A stretch of 64,000 nt of DNA from Pyrinomonadaceae bacterium (lineage in GTDB: Bacteria > Acidobacteriota > Blastocatellia > Pyrinomonadales > Pyrinomonadaceae), in the NCBI GenBank assembly GCA_045807865.1, contig JBJMGP010000060.1, positions 43,991-107,990 of the forward strand, given 5' to 3'. Each line of letters starts with the position of its first letter. Position 1 is the stretch's first letter. The translations under genes and the position numbers were made by a program. Under the pieces are notes generated by a model. That model worked only from the letters and a program-made list of their open reading frames with translations. It had not been told where the DNA came from and ran no database searches. This document shows positions 51,919-61,386 of the stretch, in pieces.

Positions 51919-54276
51919 ATGCCGAAGCACCCCCTCCCTTGCGCGCTGCTGCTGCTCCTGCTGCTCCTGCTCGCCCCGCTCGCCGGCCCGGCGCCGCGCG
52001 CGCTGGCGGCGCGCGCGTCCGTGCCCGCGCCCGAGGAGGTGCTCGGCTTCCGCCCCGGCGACGACCGCAAGCTCGCCTCTTGGGCACAGACGGTCGAGTA
52101 CTTCCGGCGGCTGTCACAGACGAGCCCGCGCGTGAAGTTCGAGGAGTTGGGGAAGACGACGCTGGGCGCGCCCTTCGTCCTCGCGACCATCAGCGCGCCC
52201 GAGAATATCGAGCGCCTCGAAACTTACAAAGAGATCCAACGACTGCTCGCAGACCCGCGCCAGATCGGCGCCCGGCGCGAGGTCAAGGCCGAAGGTTACA
52301 TCAGCAACGGGAAGACCGTCGTGCTCATCACCTGCGGCGTGCACTCGACCGAGGTCGGCTCGTACCTCTCGGGGATGCTCATCGCGCACCGCCTCGCCTC
52401 CTCGGACGAGCCCGAGGTGCAGGAGATTCTGCGCAACACCATCGTCCTCATCGTGCCGTCGCTCAACCCCGACGGCGTGGACATCGTCAAGAACTGGTAC
52501 GACAAAACCCTCGGCACGCCGTACGAGGGGACGAGCCCGCCCGAGCTTTATCACCACTACGTCGGCCACGACGACAACCGCGACTGGTACGCCTTCACGC
52601 AGGTCGAGACGCGGCTGACCGTCGATAAGGTTCACAACGTCTGGCACCCGCAGATCGTCCACGACATACACCAGCAGGGCGCCTACGGCTCGCGCCTTTT
52701 CCTGCCGCCCTACATGCAGCCGGTCGAGCCGAACGTGCCGCGCCAGCTCGTCGAGGGCTACACCGAGTTGGGCCGCTTCATGGCGGAGCAGATGCTCAAG
52801 GCGGGCTTTCAAGGCATCACCTGGGACTCGACCTACGACGCCTGGACGCCCTCGCGCGCCTACTCGCACTACCACGGCGGCGTCCGCATCCTTTCCGAGA
52901 CGGCCTCGGTCAACCTCGCCACGCCCATCACGGTCAAGCCCGACCAACTGCGCGCGGGCGAGGGCTACGACCCACGCAAGGCGACGCCGAATATCCCTGT
53001 CCTCTGGCCCGGCGGCGAGTGGCACCTGCGCGACATCACGAACTACATGACGACCGCGGCCTTCGAACTACTCAAGCACGCCGCGCGGAACCGCGAGGCT
53101 TGGCTCAAGCGCTTCTACGCAATCGGCAAAGAGGCCGTGCGCCCGCGCCGGCCCGGCGAGTTGTTCGCGTTTCTCATCCCTCCTTCGCAGAACCGCAGCG
53201 TCCTGCTCGACATCCTGCGCCGCGCAGGCGTCGAGGTGGAAACGTCCAGACGCTTCACGGTCGGCGGCAAGAAGTACGGGCCGGAGACCGTCGTCGTGCC
53301 GATGGCCCAGCCATACGGGGCATTCGCAAAGGCCCTGCTCGAAAGGCAACAGTACCCCGACCTGCGGGACGAGTCCGGTCACCCCATCGCGCCTTACGAC
53401 GTGACGGCGCACACCCTGTCGCTCCTGATGAACGTAGAGGCACAGCCTGTCTACGCGCCCTTCACGCCCGTGCCGTCGGGCATCCGTGTCGGCGAAACCT
53501 CCGCGCCGGTGCGCCCGAGCGAAGCGCGGGCCAAGAAGCCAGCCCTCTACAAGTCGCACGTCCCCTCGATGGACGAGGGCTGGACGCGCTGGGTGCTGGA
53601 GAACCACCCTGCGTCAAAGGAGTCGCCCCACACTGCGCTCGAATACGCCTCGCTCGACGACGCGGAGATTCGCGCCGGGAACCTGTTCGCCAAGTACGAC
53701 GCCATCATCATCCCCGACCAGGCGCCGCGCGCGATATTGGAGGGCTACCGGAAGGGCTCGATGCCGGAGGAGTTGACGGGGGGCCTGGGCAAGGAGGGCG
53801 TGAAGGCTCTGCGCGAGTTCGTCGAGCAGGGCGGGACGCTCGTCGCCTTGAACGAGGCGTCGGACTTCGCCATCGAGCAGTTGAATCTTCCCGTCCGCGA
53901 CGTGACGGCCGACCTCAAGCACACGGAGTTCTACTGCCCCGGCTCGATCCTGCGCACCGTCCTCGACACGACGCACCCGCTGGCGAAGGGGATGCCGCGC
54001 GAGTCAATCGCGTGGGTCGAAGACTCGCCCGTCTTTGAGATCAAGAGCGACCCGCTGGCCCTCAACCGCGTCAAGGTCGTCGCGCGCTACCCTGAGACGG
54101 GGACGCCGCTCCTCTCGGGCTGGCTCCTCGGCGCCGAGCGCATCCGCGGCAAGGCCGCGCTCGTCGAGGTCGGGATAGGCAAAGGCAAGGTCTACCTCTT
54201 CGGCTTCCGCCCGCAGTACCGGGCGCAGTCGCTCGCCACCTACCCGCTCCTCTTCAACGCCCTCGCCGGGCGCTGA
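51919..54276 (+). CDS. secreted M14-family metallocarboxypeptidase-like protein with large C-terminal domain
   Basis: 785 aa, signal peptide. Zn motif context ITCGVHSTEVGS (HxxE), HHYVGHDDNRDW. Confidence 0.75.
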   Translation: MPKHPLPCALLLLLLLLLAPLAGPAPRALAARASVPAPEEVLGFRPGDDRKLASWAQTVEYFRRLSQTSPRVKFEELGKTTLGAPFVLATISAPENIERLETYKEIQRLLADPRQIGARREVKAEGYISNGKTVVLITCGVHSTEVGSYLSGMLIAHRLASSDEPEVQEILRNTIVLIVPSLNPDGVDIVKNWYDKTLGTPYEGTSPPELYHHYVGHDDNRDWYAFTQVETRLTVDKVHNVWHPQIVHDIHQQGAYGSRLFLPPYMQPVEPNVPRQLVEGYTELGRFMAEQMLKAGFQGITWDSTYDAWTPSRAYSHYHGGVRILSETASVNLATPITVKPDQLRAGEGYDPRKATPNIPVLWPGGEWHLRDITNYMTTAAFELLKHAARNREAWLKRFYAIGKEAVRPRRPGELFAFLIPPSQNRSVLLDILRRAGVEVETSRRFTVGGKKYGPETVVVPMAQPYGAFAKALLERQQYPDLRDESGHPIAPYDVTAHTLSLLMNVEAQPVYAPFTPVPSGIRVGETSAPVRPSEARAKKPALYKSHVPSMDEGWTRWVLENHPASKESPHTALEYASLDDAEIRAGNLFAKYDAIIIPDQAPRAILEGYRKGSMPEELTGGLGKEGVKALREFVEQGGTLVALNEASDFAIEQLNLPVRDVTADLKHTEFYCPGSILRTVLDTTHPLAKGMPRESIAWVEDSPVFEIKSDPLALNRVKVVARYPETGTPLLSGWLLGAERIRGKAALVEVGIGKGKVYLFGFRPQYRAQSLATYPLLFNALAGR

Positions 54277-54284
54277 AGGGCGGC

Positions 54285-55178
54285 TCAACGGAAGAGGACG
54301 GGGAACATCGCGGCGAAGAGCGCGATCAGGTAGACGACGGCGTAACCGCCGAAGTAGCCGCCGAAGGCGATGAGGGCGCGCAGCACGGCGAGCCCCAGCC
54401 GGCCGCGGTAGAAGACGCGCAGCGCCACGAACAGGTAGAGGATGTCGATGCCGAACTTCGCGAAGGCGAACGCCATGTTCTTCAGCGTCGGGTGGATGCC
54501 GATGAGGTAGTAGACCGGCCACATCAGCGTCGTCGTCAGCACCGCGAACGAGAGGTAGTGCATCGAGAAGACGAGGTGCTCGACGAAGTAGCGCCGCGAG
54601 AAGAAGTAGATGAGCTGGAGCAGCACGGCGAGCATGATGATCTGCAACGGCTGGAGCAGCGAGACGTTGCGCTGCCAGTGCTCGTTGACCGTGTCGTAGA
54701 GGGCCTCGACCGTGGTGCCCCTGCGCTCGGCCGCGCGGGCGAAGCGGCGGTCGTAGATGTCGCCGTTCGGCAGCTTAAACTGCGCGGCCATCTGCCGCTG
54801 GTTCTCGACGATGAGTCGGATGTCGAACATCGTCACCTGCTTCGAGGCCGTGTAGACGAAGAGGTTGAGGGCGAGGATGCCGAGGCAGAGGTTGAGCGGC
54901 TTGAGGTAAGGCCCGCGGCGCCCCGCCACCCACTCGGCGGTGAGCCGGCCCGGGCGGAAGAGGAGCGTCAGCAGCGTGCGCGTGAGCTTGGTGTCGAGGC
55001 TCGTCAGCTCCTGGGCCGCGTCCATGACGAAGTGGCGCACCGAGAGGTCGCGCGCCTCCGGCCGCTTCTCGCCGCAGCGGTGGCAGTAGTCGCCGACGAG
55101 AGCCGCGCCGCAGCTCGGGCACTCGCCCGGCCCCTCGGGCGCGGGCCGCTCCGTGACGGTCTGGACGGCCTCGGCCAA
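54285..55178 (-). CDS. DUF3667-like zinc-ribbon membrane protein
   Basis: 297 aa. CPSCGAALVGDYCHRCG followed by FRPGRLTAEWVAGRRGPYLKPLNL and about 5 TM. The upstream BMC-H ORF ends at 55183, leaving a 4-nt gap before this gene's start at 55178. Confidence 0.65.
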   Translation of the reverse strand: MAEAVQTVTERPAPEGPGECPSCGAALVGDYCHRCGEKRPEARDLSVRHFVMDAAQELTSLDTKLTRTLLTLLFRPGRLTAEWVAGRRGPYLKPLNLCLGILALNLFVYTASKQVTMFDIRLIVENQRQMAAQFKLPNGDIYDRRFARAAERRGTTVEALYDTVNEHWQRNVSLLQPLQIIMLAVLLQLIYFFSRRYFVEHLVFSMHYLSFAVLTTTLMWPVYYLIGIHPTLKNMAFAFAKFGIDILYLFVALRVFYRGRLGLAVLRALIAFGGYFGGYAVVYLIALFAAMFPVLFR

Positions 55179-55182
55179 AGCT

Positions 55183-55518
55183 TCACCCCTCCCCTTCGCG
55201 CTTGCCCCTGACGGAGCCCGCGATCTTCTTGCGCGTCGTCTCGCCCGTGTCGATGACCGGGAGGCCCTCGCCCACTTCGGCGTGCGGGCGCGGGATGACG
55301 TGCGTGGCGACGACCTCGCCGACCCTGCGCGCGGCGGCCGCGCCCGCGTCCACGGCCGCGCGCACCGCGCCCACCTCGCCGCGCACGATGGCCGTCACCA
55401 GACCGGCGTCGATCTTCTCGTAGCCCACCAGGCGCACGTTGGCGGCCTTGACCATCGCGTCCGCGGCCTCGATCATCGCCACCAGCCCGCGGCACTCGAC
55501 CATCCCTAGCGCTTCCAT
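55183..55518 (-). CDS. BMC-H shell protein (PF00936-type hexamer)
   Basis: 111 aa from the ATG at 55518, 6 nt after [66 protein letters not shown]...VIPRPH. Confidence 0.9.
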   Translation of the reverse strand: MEALGMVECRGLVAMIEAADAMVKAANVRLVGYEKIDAGLVTAIVRGEVGAVRAAVDAGAAAARRVGEVVATHVIPRPHAEVGEGLPVIDTGETTRKKIAGSVRGKREGEG

Positions 55519-55551
55519 CCCTCTCACCTCCCCGTGCGTTCGGCCGCGCCT

Positions 55552-56079
55552 TCAGCCCGCGCGGCGGTAGACCAGTTTGACCTGCTGCACGCCCATCTGG
55601 TTGCCGATGGTCGTCGTATTCGTCAGGGTCTTCCCGTCGGAGGAGACCTGCCACTTCTGCGCGACGTTGAGTGCGTAAGTCCCGCCCTGCCCCTTCCGCT
55701 CGACGTGTGCCTCGGAGACGACCTTGTCGCCGTCCCACTTCGTCTTCGACTTGATCTCGCCCACGCCGAGCGTCGCCTGATTCGTCTCGCCGCGCTCGTC
55801 CGTGTAGTAGGTGAACTCCTTCACCTCCTCCTGCCCGTTGAGCCTGAGCGTGCGCTTGATTTTCAACTCCGGGTCGCTGTGCGCGATGACGAGCGTCGAG
55901 TCGGCCTTCGACAGTGGCCGCTCGCTGAACTCGCCAAAGTCGCTCTTCGCGCGGTCGATCTGCCACGTCCCCGAAAAGTCCGGGTGCGACTTCTTCTTAC
56001 CATCCCCCGCCACGGCGGCAGAGAGCAGGCACAACGTCAGGAGCAAGGTCAGGAGAGACGCGGGCAGCTGCCTACTCAT
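55552..56079 (-). CDS. hypothetical exported beta-rich (lipocalin-like) protein
   Basis: 175 aa. Signal peptide MSRQLPASLLTLLLTLCLLSAAVAG, followed by an alternating beta-strand pattern. The fold call is tentative. Confidence 0.5.
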   Translation of the reverse strand: MSRQLPASLLTLLLTLCLLSAAVAGDGKKKSHPDFSGTWQIDRAKSDFGEFSERPLSKADSTLVIAHSDPELKIKRTLRLNGQEEVKEFTYYTDERGETNQATLGVGEIKSKTKWDGDKVVSEAHVERKGQGGTYALNVAQKWQVSSDGKTLTNTTTIGNQMGVQQVKLVYRRAG

Positions 56080-56094
56080 CGAACACCTCTCGAA

Positions 56095-57462
56095 TCAGTT
56101 GCGCAGCGAGTGGATGGGCGCGGGGATGCGTCCGCCGCGCCGGATGAAGACGCTCGACGAAAAGGCGTTGACGGGCATGACGGGTGCGCTCCCGAGGAGG
56201 CCGCCGAACTCGACCACGTCGCCGACGACTTTGCCCGGCGCGGGGATGATGCGGACGGCGGTCGTCTTGTTGTTCATGACGCCGATGGCCATCTCGTCGG
56301 CGATGATGGCGGCGATGGTCTCGGCCGAGGTGTCGCCGGGCACGGCCACCATGTCTAAGCCCACGGAGCAGACGCTCGTCATCGCTTCGAGCTTCTCCAG
56401 CGTGAGCGCCCCGAGTTGCGCCGCCTCGATCATGGCGGAGTCTTCGGAGACGGGGATGAAGGCGCCGCTCATCCCGCCGACCGCGCTCGAAGCCATCGCG
56501 CCGCCCTTCTTCACCGCGTCGGTCAGAAGCGCCAGCGCCGCGGTCGTCCCCGGCGCGCCCGCGCGCTCGAACCCCAAAGCTTCGAGAATCTCCCCGACCG
56601 AGTCGCCCGGCGTCGGCGTCGGCGCCAGGGAGAGGTCGATGATGCCGAAGCGCAAACCCAAACGTCTCGCGGCCTCGCGCCCGACCAGTTCGCCGGCGCG
56701 CGCGAGCTTGAAGGAGAGCTTCTTAATCAACTCCGCCATCTCGTCGAGCGGCGCGTCCTGCGGCGCGTGGCGGACGGCGTGGTTGACGACGCCGGGGCCG
56801 GAGACCCCGACGTTGATGACGGCCTCGGGCTCGCCGACGCCGTGGAACGCGCCCGCCATGAAAGGGTTGTCCTCGACCGCGTTGGCGAAGCAGACGAACT
56901 TGGCGCAGGCCAAACCCCCTCGGTCGCGCGTGCGCTCGGCCATCTCCTTGATGATCTCGCCGGTGCGGCGCACGGCGTCCATGTTGATGCCGGCGCGCGT
57001 CGTCGCGAGGCTCAACGAAGAGCAGAGGCGCTCGGTCGCGGCCAGGGCCTCGGGGATGGAATCGACGAAGGCGCGCGTCCCCGGCGTGTCGCCCTTGTGG
57101 ATGAGCGCGGAGTAGCCGCCGATGAAGTCCACGCCGACGCGCTTCGCCGCCTCGTCGATGGCGCGCGCGAGCGGTATCAGTTCCGAAGCGTGGCGCGCGC
57201 GGTCGTAGACGAGCGAGGCGGGCGTGATCGAGATGCGCTTGTTGGCGATGCGCAGGCCCAACTCCTCGCCGATCTCGTCCACCACGGGGACGAGGCGCGC
57301 GGCCGTCCGCTCGATCTTCTCGCGGACGCACTCGGCCGTCTCTTCGACCGTGGCGCGGACGCAGTCGCGGAGAGAGAGCCCGAGCGTGACCGTGCGCACG
57401 TCGAGGTGCTCCATCTCGGTCATGCGCACGGTCTGTAGGATTTCCGCCTGTGTGTACTCCAT
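56095..57462 (-). CDS. UPF0210 / DUF711 family protein (function unknown)
   Basis: 455 aa. Strong family signatures: [101 protein letters not shown]. Confidence 0.85.
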   Translation of the reverse strand: MEYTQAEILQTVRMTEMEHLDVRTVTLGLSLRDCVRATVEETAECVREKIERTAARLVPVVDEIGEELGLRIANKRISITPASLVYDRARHASELIPLARAIDEAAKRVGVDFIGGYSALIHKGDTPGTRAFVDSIPEALAATERLCSSLSLATTRAGINMDAVRRTGEIIKEMAERTRDRGGLACAKFVCFANAVEDNPFMAGAFHGVGEPEAVINVGVSGPGVVNHAVRHAPQDAPLDEMAELIKKLSFKLARAGELVGREAARRLGLRFGIIDLSLAPTPTPGDSVGEILEALGFERAGAPGTTAALALLTDAVKKGGAMASSAVGGMSGAFIPVSEDSAMIEAAQLGALTLEKLEAMTSVCSVGLDMVAVPGDTSAETIAAIIADEMAIGVMNNKTTAVRIIPAPGKVVGDVVEFGGLLGSAPVMPVNAFSSSVFIRRGGRIPAPIHSLRN

Positions 57463-57474
57463 GCCCCTCGGGTT

Positions 57475-58038
57475 CTAACGCAAGACGGTCGTGCTTAAGA
57501 AAAGGAGGACGAGGGAGAGGATGAAGAGCGCCGCCGCCACGAGGACGAAGCGCAGGCCCGAGTCGTCCGGCGTCTCTTCGAGGACGACGATGGCCTCCTC
57601 GCGCATCCGCCCGACCCGCGCGCGCGTCCCCTCCCGCACGCGCGCCACGCGGCCCCGGAGGTCGCCCGCCCGCCCCGCGTCATCAGCCTCGGCCGCCGCG
57701 GCCACTTCTGTCGCCGCCCGCGCCGACTCTTCGCGCGACTCCTGCGCGACGGCGACCTGCGCGGCCGGCTCGTCCTCGACGCCCACGTCCTTTATCTCCT
57801 CGGACGTTGGCGGCGGCGGCTCGGCGACGGCCGGTGGCCGCTCGAAGGGCGCGAACTCCTTCGGCGGCGGCGTCCAATCTTTAGTCGTCGGGGCGGCCTG
57901 CTCCTGCGGAGACAACTCGACGGCGGGCGGCGCGTCCTCCGCCTCCAAAGTCTTGCCGCACTGCTGGCAGAAACGCGACCCCGCGCGCGCCGCCGCGCCG
58001 CACGAGAGACACCTGCGAGAGATTTCGGGAAGCGACAT
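57475..58038 (-). CDS. zinc-ribbon protein with acidic linker and C-terminal TM anchor
   Basis: 187 aa. CLSCGAAARAGSRFCQQCG. Tail FVLVAAALFILSLVLLFLSTTVL. Confidence 0.55.
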   Translation of the reverse strand: MSLPEISRRCLSCGAAARAGSRFCQQCGKTLEAEDAPPAVELSPQEQAAPTTKDWTPPPKEFAPFERPPAVAEPPPPTSEEIKDVGVEDEPAAQVAVAQESREESARAATEVAAAAEADDAGRAGDLRGRVARVREGTRARVGRMREEAIVVLEETPDDSGLRFVLVAAALFILSLVLLFLSTTVLR

Positions 58039-58047
58039 AGGTCAAGG

Positions 58048-58123
58048 GGTGTCGGGTGATGGGTTCTGGTTGTTAGGTAGAAGCGGGCTCTGATCCATCA
58101 CCTGGAACCCATCACCCGACACC
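58048..58123. repeat. hairpin with perfect 19-bp stem (GGGTGAT-type units) inside the BMC operon
   Basis: ggtgtcgggtgatgggttc (58048-58066) is the exact reverse complement of gaacccatcacccgacacc (58105-58123). It sits between the ACT gene stop and the zinc-ribbon gene start. Confidence 0.85.
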
Positions 58124-58124
58124 T

Positions 58125-58568
58125 TCAAATCCTGTGCATCGCGTTGAAGAGGTCTTCGCGCTGGGCGTAGATGTGGACGCCCAGGCGGTCACCCTCGCCG
58201 CGGAAGCGGTCTTTGAGCGCGGCGACCGACTCGCCGGCGCGCGAGATGTCGGCGACGATGACCATCGCGAACTTGCCCTGCACGACCGTCTGGTTGATGT
58301 CGATGATGCTGCAACGCGCCCCGGCCAGAATCTGCGAGACGGCCGCGACGATGCCCGGGTGGTCGGTGCCGAAGACCGAGACGATGAGCCTGTCGGCGCG
58401 CCCCTCGGCCCCGCCCTTCGGCGCGCCGCCCTCGCCCACAGCGAGCGCCGGCTCGATGGCGCGGTACACGTCCATCACCAGCGCCTCGACCGTCCGCTCG
58501 TCGGCCGACGCCCCCAGGCGGCCGTAGACGGCGCGCGTGATGCGGTAGATGAGTTCCTCGTTCGCCAT
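58125..58568 (-). CDS. ACT-domain protein of the UPF0237 family with about 58-aa N-terminal extension
   Basis: 147 aa from the ATG at 58568. ACT core LIVSVFGTDHPGIVAAVSQILAGARCSIIDINQTVVQGKFAMVIVADIS...LFNAMHRI. Extension MANEELIYRITRAVYGRLGASADERTVEALVMDVYRAIEPALAVGEGGAPKGGAEG. Confidence 0.8.
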   Translation of the reverse strand: MANEELIYRITRAVYGRLGASADERTVEALVMDVYRAIEPALAVGEGGAPKGGAEGRADRLIVSVFGTDHPGIVAAVSQILAGARCSIIDINQTVVQGKFAMVIVADISRAGESVAALKDRFRGEGDRLGVHIYAQREDLFNAMHRI

Positions 58569-58579
58569 CCTGTGTACGG

Positions 58580-58906
58580 TCAGCGCCCGCGGCGCAGCTC
58601 GCGCGACGCCTCGATCAACTCGTCGGAGCGCGCGAGGTCTTCCTGCACGTCCACGCGGTCGACGATGCCGACGACCGCGGCCTCGATGGCCATCTCCTGG
58701 TCGCCGACGGCCGTGCGCGCGGCCTTCCCGTACGCGCACATCACGACCTCGCCCACGCCCGCGCCCAGACGGTCGGCCACGACGACGATATTCTTCGTCG
58801 GCTCCTTATCGAGGTCAATCGGATGCACGACCAAAAATCTGACGCCCTCCAGGTCGGGCGTCTTCTTGGTTGACCAAACGGTGCCGACGACTTTGCCTAA
58901 GAACAT
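58580..58906 (-). CDS. BMC-P pentameric vertex protein (EutN/CcmL family)
   Basis: 108 aa. MFLGKVVGTVWSTKK...LVVHPIDL...VVADRLGAGVGEVVMCAYGKAAR. Confidence 0.9.
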   Translation of the reverse strand: MFLGKVVGTVWSTKKTPDLEGVRFLVVHPIDLDKEPTKNIVVVADRLGAGVGEVVMCAYGKAARTAVGDQEMAIEAAVVGIVDRVDVQEDLARSDELIEASRELRRGR

Positions 58907-58989
58907 AAAGACCGTGAACCGTGAACCGTAAGCCGTGACGAGAGGGAAGACAGTTTTTATCTTGTCACGGTTTACGGTTCACGGTCTTT
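58907..58989. repeat. heptamer-armed hairpin, CGTGAAC/CGTAAGC family, filling the whole AldDH-to-BMC-P intergenic space
   Basis: aaagaccgtgaaccgtgaaccgtaagccgtgac - gagagggaagacagtttttatcttg - gtcacggtttacggttcacggtcttt. It abuts the BMC-P ATG (58904-58906) and overlaps the AldDH stop (58989-58991). Confidence 0.9.
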
Positions 58990-60839
58990 CATGCTTTCGC
59001 GAAGACCTCCGCGGCCTCGCCCATGTCGCGTGCGGCGGGCGTGATGATGGTGCGCGCGTTGGTGTAGATCTTCTCGCCCTTCTGGATGGCGCGGCGCACG
59101 TCGTCCTCGCAGACGAAGTCCACCGCGCGCTTGCCGTTGCCGGCCGCGGGGGAGGGCGTCTGCTTCGTGGGCGCCGGCGCGGTCGGCGCGGGCTGTGCGT
59201 GGCCGTTGCCGCCGTTCGTGGCCTGCGCGGTCGGCGCCGCCTCCGGGTGCGGGGCGGCGCCGCCGGAGTGCGCGGCGCGCTGCGGCTCCACATCCACCTC
59301 CTGCTGCACGTAGGCGTGCGGCTGCGCGACGGGGAGCGGCTGCGACGTGGCCTGTGCCGGCTGGCGTTGCGAGAGGAAGCGGTCAACTATCTTCGCGATG
59401 TCGTCGCGGCTGACGGCGCCGGCCGCGGCGGGCGCGGGCTGCAAAGGAGAAGCGGACGGCCGTGTTTGCACCGCGCGCGCGGGCCTCTTGCTCGGGACGG
59501 CGCGCGTCTCGAACGCGACGCGCTTGATGTCCATCAGGTGCCAGGGCGAGACGTTGTCCGAGGTGACGTTGCCGCCCCAAGAGCCGCAGCCCAGAGTCAT
59601 CGAGGGCGGCAGGGCGGTCGAGAAGCCGATGGCGCCATGCGTCGTCGGCGAGTTGACGACGATGCGCGAGGCGGGCATCTCGATGCCGAACGCCTGCGCG
59701 GCCTCGCGCGAGCGCGTGTGGATGCCGGCGGTGTGACCCATGCCGCCGTAGCTCAGGATTTCAAAGCAGCGCGCGGCGCCTCTCTCCAGACCGTCTTCGA
59801 CGTAGAAGGCGAGGATGGGCGAGAGCTTCTCCATCGAGAGCGGGAACGCGCGCCCGACGCCCCCGACCTCCGCCATGAGGCAGCGTGTGCCCGGCGGGAC
59901 GGTCAGCCCGGCCATCTTCGCAATCACCTCGACCGAGCGACCGACGATGGCCGGGTTGAGCGCGCGCTTCTCGGTCGTGACGACCTTGGCCAACTGGTCG
60001 GCCTCCGCGGCCGAGAGGAAGTGCGCGCCCTGCGCGACGAACTCTTCCCTCACCTGCTTCGCGACGGGCGCGTCGGCGACGACCGCCTGCTCGGAGGCGC
60101 AGATGGTGCCGTTATCAAAGGTCTTCCCCGTCAGGATGTTCTGCACGGCGATGGGCACGTCGGCGCTTCTCTCGACGAAGACGGGGACGTTGCCAGGCCC
60201 GACGCCGAAGGCGGGCTTGCCCGAAGAGTAGGCCGCGCGCACCAGCCCGATGCCGCCGGTGGCGAGGATGACCGCCGTCTGGCGGTGCTTCATCAAAGCC
60301 TCGGTGCCTTCGAGCGACGTGCTCGTCATGCAGCCGATGGCCTCGGCGGGCAGACCTTCCTTGACTCCCGCCTCGCGCATGACGCGCGCCGTCTCGTTGA
60401 TGCACCTGGCGGCCGAAGGGTGCGGCGAGAGGACGATGGCGTTGCGGGACTTGACGGCGATGAGGATTTTAAAGATGGCCGTGGAGGTCGGGTTGGTCGA
60501 GGGGATGATGCCGGCGACGACGCCGCGCGGGCTGGCGATCTCAAGCACGTCCTTCGACTCGTTGATGACGCCGACCGTGCGCAGCCCACGGAAGTAGTTC
60601 CACACGTCCTCGGCGGCGAAGCGGTTCTTCTCGCGCTTGTCGTCGGGGATGCCGTAGCCCGTCTCCTCGGTCGCCAGCGCGCCCAGACGCGCCGCGTCGC
60701 GCAGGGCCGCCCGCGCCATCGCCTCGCAGACGCGGTCGATCTTCGCCTGGTCGAAGCGCGCGAGCACCCCTTGCGCCCGGTGCGCCGCCTCGACGAGGTC
60801 GCGCGCCTGCTGTACGGATACTAAATCCTTATCCGCCAT
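58989..60839 (-). CDS. CoA-acylating aldehyde dehydrogenase (EutE/PduP-like) with about 170-aa C-terminal extension
   Basis: 616 aa. [10 protein letters not shown], catalytic Cys context [20 protein letters not shown]. Pro/Ala-rich tail containing [17 protein letters not shown] and a terminal module [40 protein letters not shown]. Confidence 0.9.
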   Translation of the reverse strand: MADKDLVSVQQARDLVEAAHRAQGVLARFDQAKIDRVCEAMARAALRDAARLGALATEETGYGIPDDKREKNRFAAEDVWNYFRGLRTVGVINESKDVLEIASPRGVVAGIIPSTNPTSTAIFKILIAVKSRNAIVLSPHPSAARCINETARVMREAGVKEGLPAEAIGCMTSTSLEGTEALMKHRQTAVILATGGIGLVRAAYSSGKPAFGVGPGNVPVFVERSADVPIAVQNILTGKTFDNGTICASEQAVVADAPVAKQVREEFVAQGAHFLSAAEADQLAKVVTTEKRALNPAIVGRSVEVIAKMAGLTVPPGTRCLMAEVGGVGRAFPLSMEKLSPILAFYVEDGLERGAARCFEILSYGGMGHTAGIHTRSREAAQAFGIEMPASRIVVNSPTTHGAIGFSTALPPSMTLGCGSWGGNVTSDNVSPWHLMDIKRVAFETRAVPSKRPARAVQTRPSASPLQPAPAAAGAVSRDDIAKIVDRFLSQRQPAQATSQPLPVAQPHAYVQQEVDVEPQRAAHSGGAAPHPEAAPTAQATNGGNGHAQPAPTAPAPTKQTPSPAAGNGKRAVDFVCEDDVRRAIQKGEKIYTNARTIITPAARDMGEAAEVFAKA

Positions 60840-60854
60840 GGCCCCCTCCGTCCG

Positions 60855-60931
60855 CGTGAACCGTGAACCGTAAATCGTGACCAGTGAAAAGGCAGTCCTT
60901 TCCCGTCACGGTTTACGGTTCACGGTTTACG
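60855..60931. repeat. heptamer-armed hairpin, CGTGAAC/CGTAAAC family
   Basis: cgtgaaccgtgaaccgtaaatcgtgac - cagtgaaaaggcagtcctttccc - gtcacggtttacggttcacggtttacg. The TAA stop of the upstream BMC-H gene (60927-60929) lies inside the right arm. Confidence 0.9.
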
Positions 60932-61334
60932 ACTTATTTCTCTCCTTGCTGTTATCGCGCTGGCCGGCGGGGAGCGAGCGGCCCTGTTCGCCTTCGCCGA
61001 GGGCGCCGGCCGAGCCGCCGCCGCCGACGGCGCGCTCGTCGGGGCTGTAGCCGGTGCGGCCGTTGCGCGGGAGCACGCGCTCGACCTCGCCGTGCGGGCG
61101 CGGGATGACGTGGACGCTGATCAGCTCGCCCACGCGCCGCGCCGCGGCCGCGCCCGCGTCCGTCGCCGCCTTGACCGCGCCCACGTCGCCGCGCACGAAG
61201 ATCGTGACGTAGCCGGCGCCGATATACTCCTTGCCGATGAGAGTGACGTTGGCCGCCTTGACCATCGCGTCCGCGGCCTCGACCGCGCCCACGAAGCCCT
61301 TGGTCTCGACCATTCCGAGTGCTTCCAGAGGCAT
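60927..61334 (-). CDS. BMC-H shell protein (PF00936-type hexamer) with Gly/charged C-terminal tail
   Basis: 135 aa. [61 protein letters not shown]...VIPRPH. Confidence 0.9.
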   Translation of the reverse strand: MPLEALGMVETKGFVGAVEAADAMVKAANVTLIGKEYIGAGYVTIFVRGDVGAVKAATDAGAAAARRVGELISVHVIPRPHGEVERVLPRNGRTGYSPDERAVGGGGSAGALGEGEQGRSLPAGQRDNSKERNKS

Positions 61335-61386
61335 TCTCTTCTATCCTCGCTTCTCTGTTTGTATGAACTTTACGCCCGGGTGTAAA

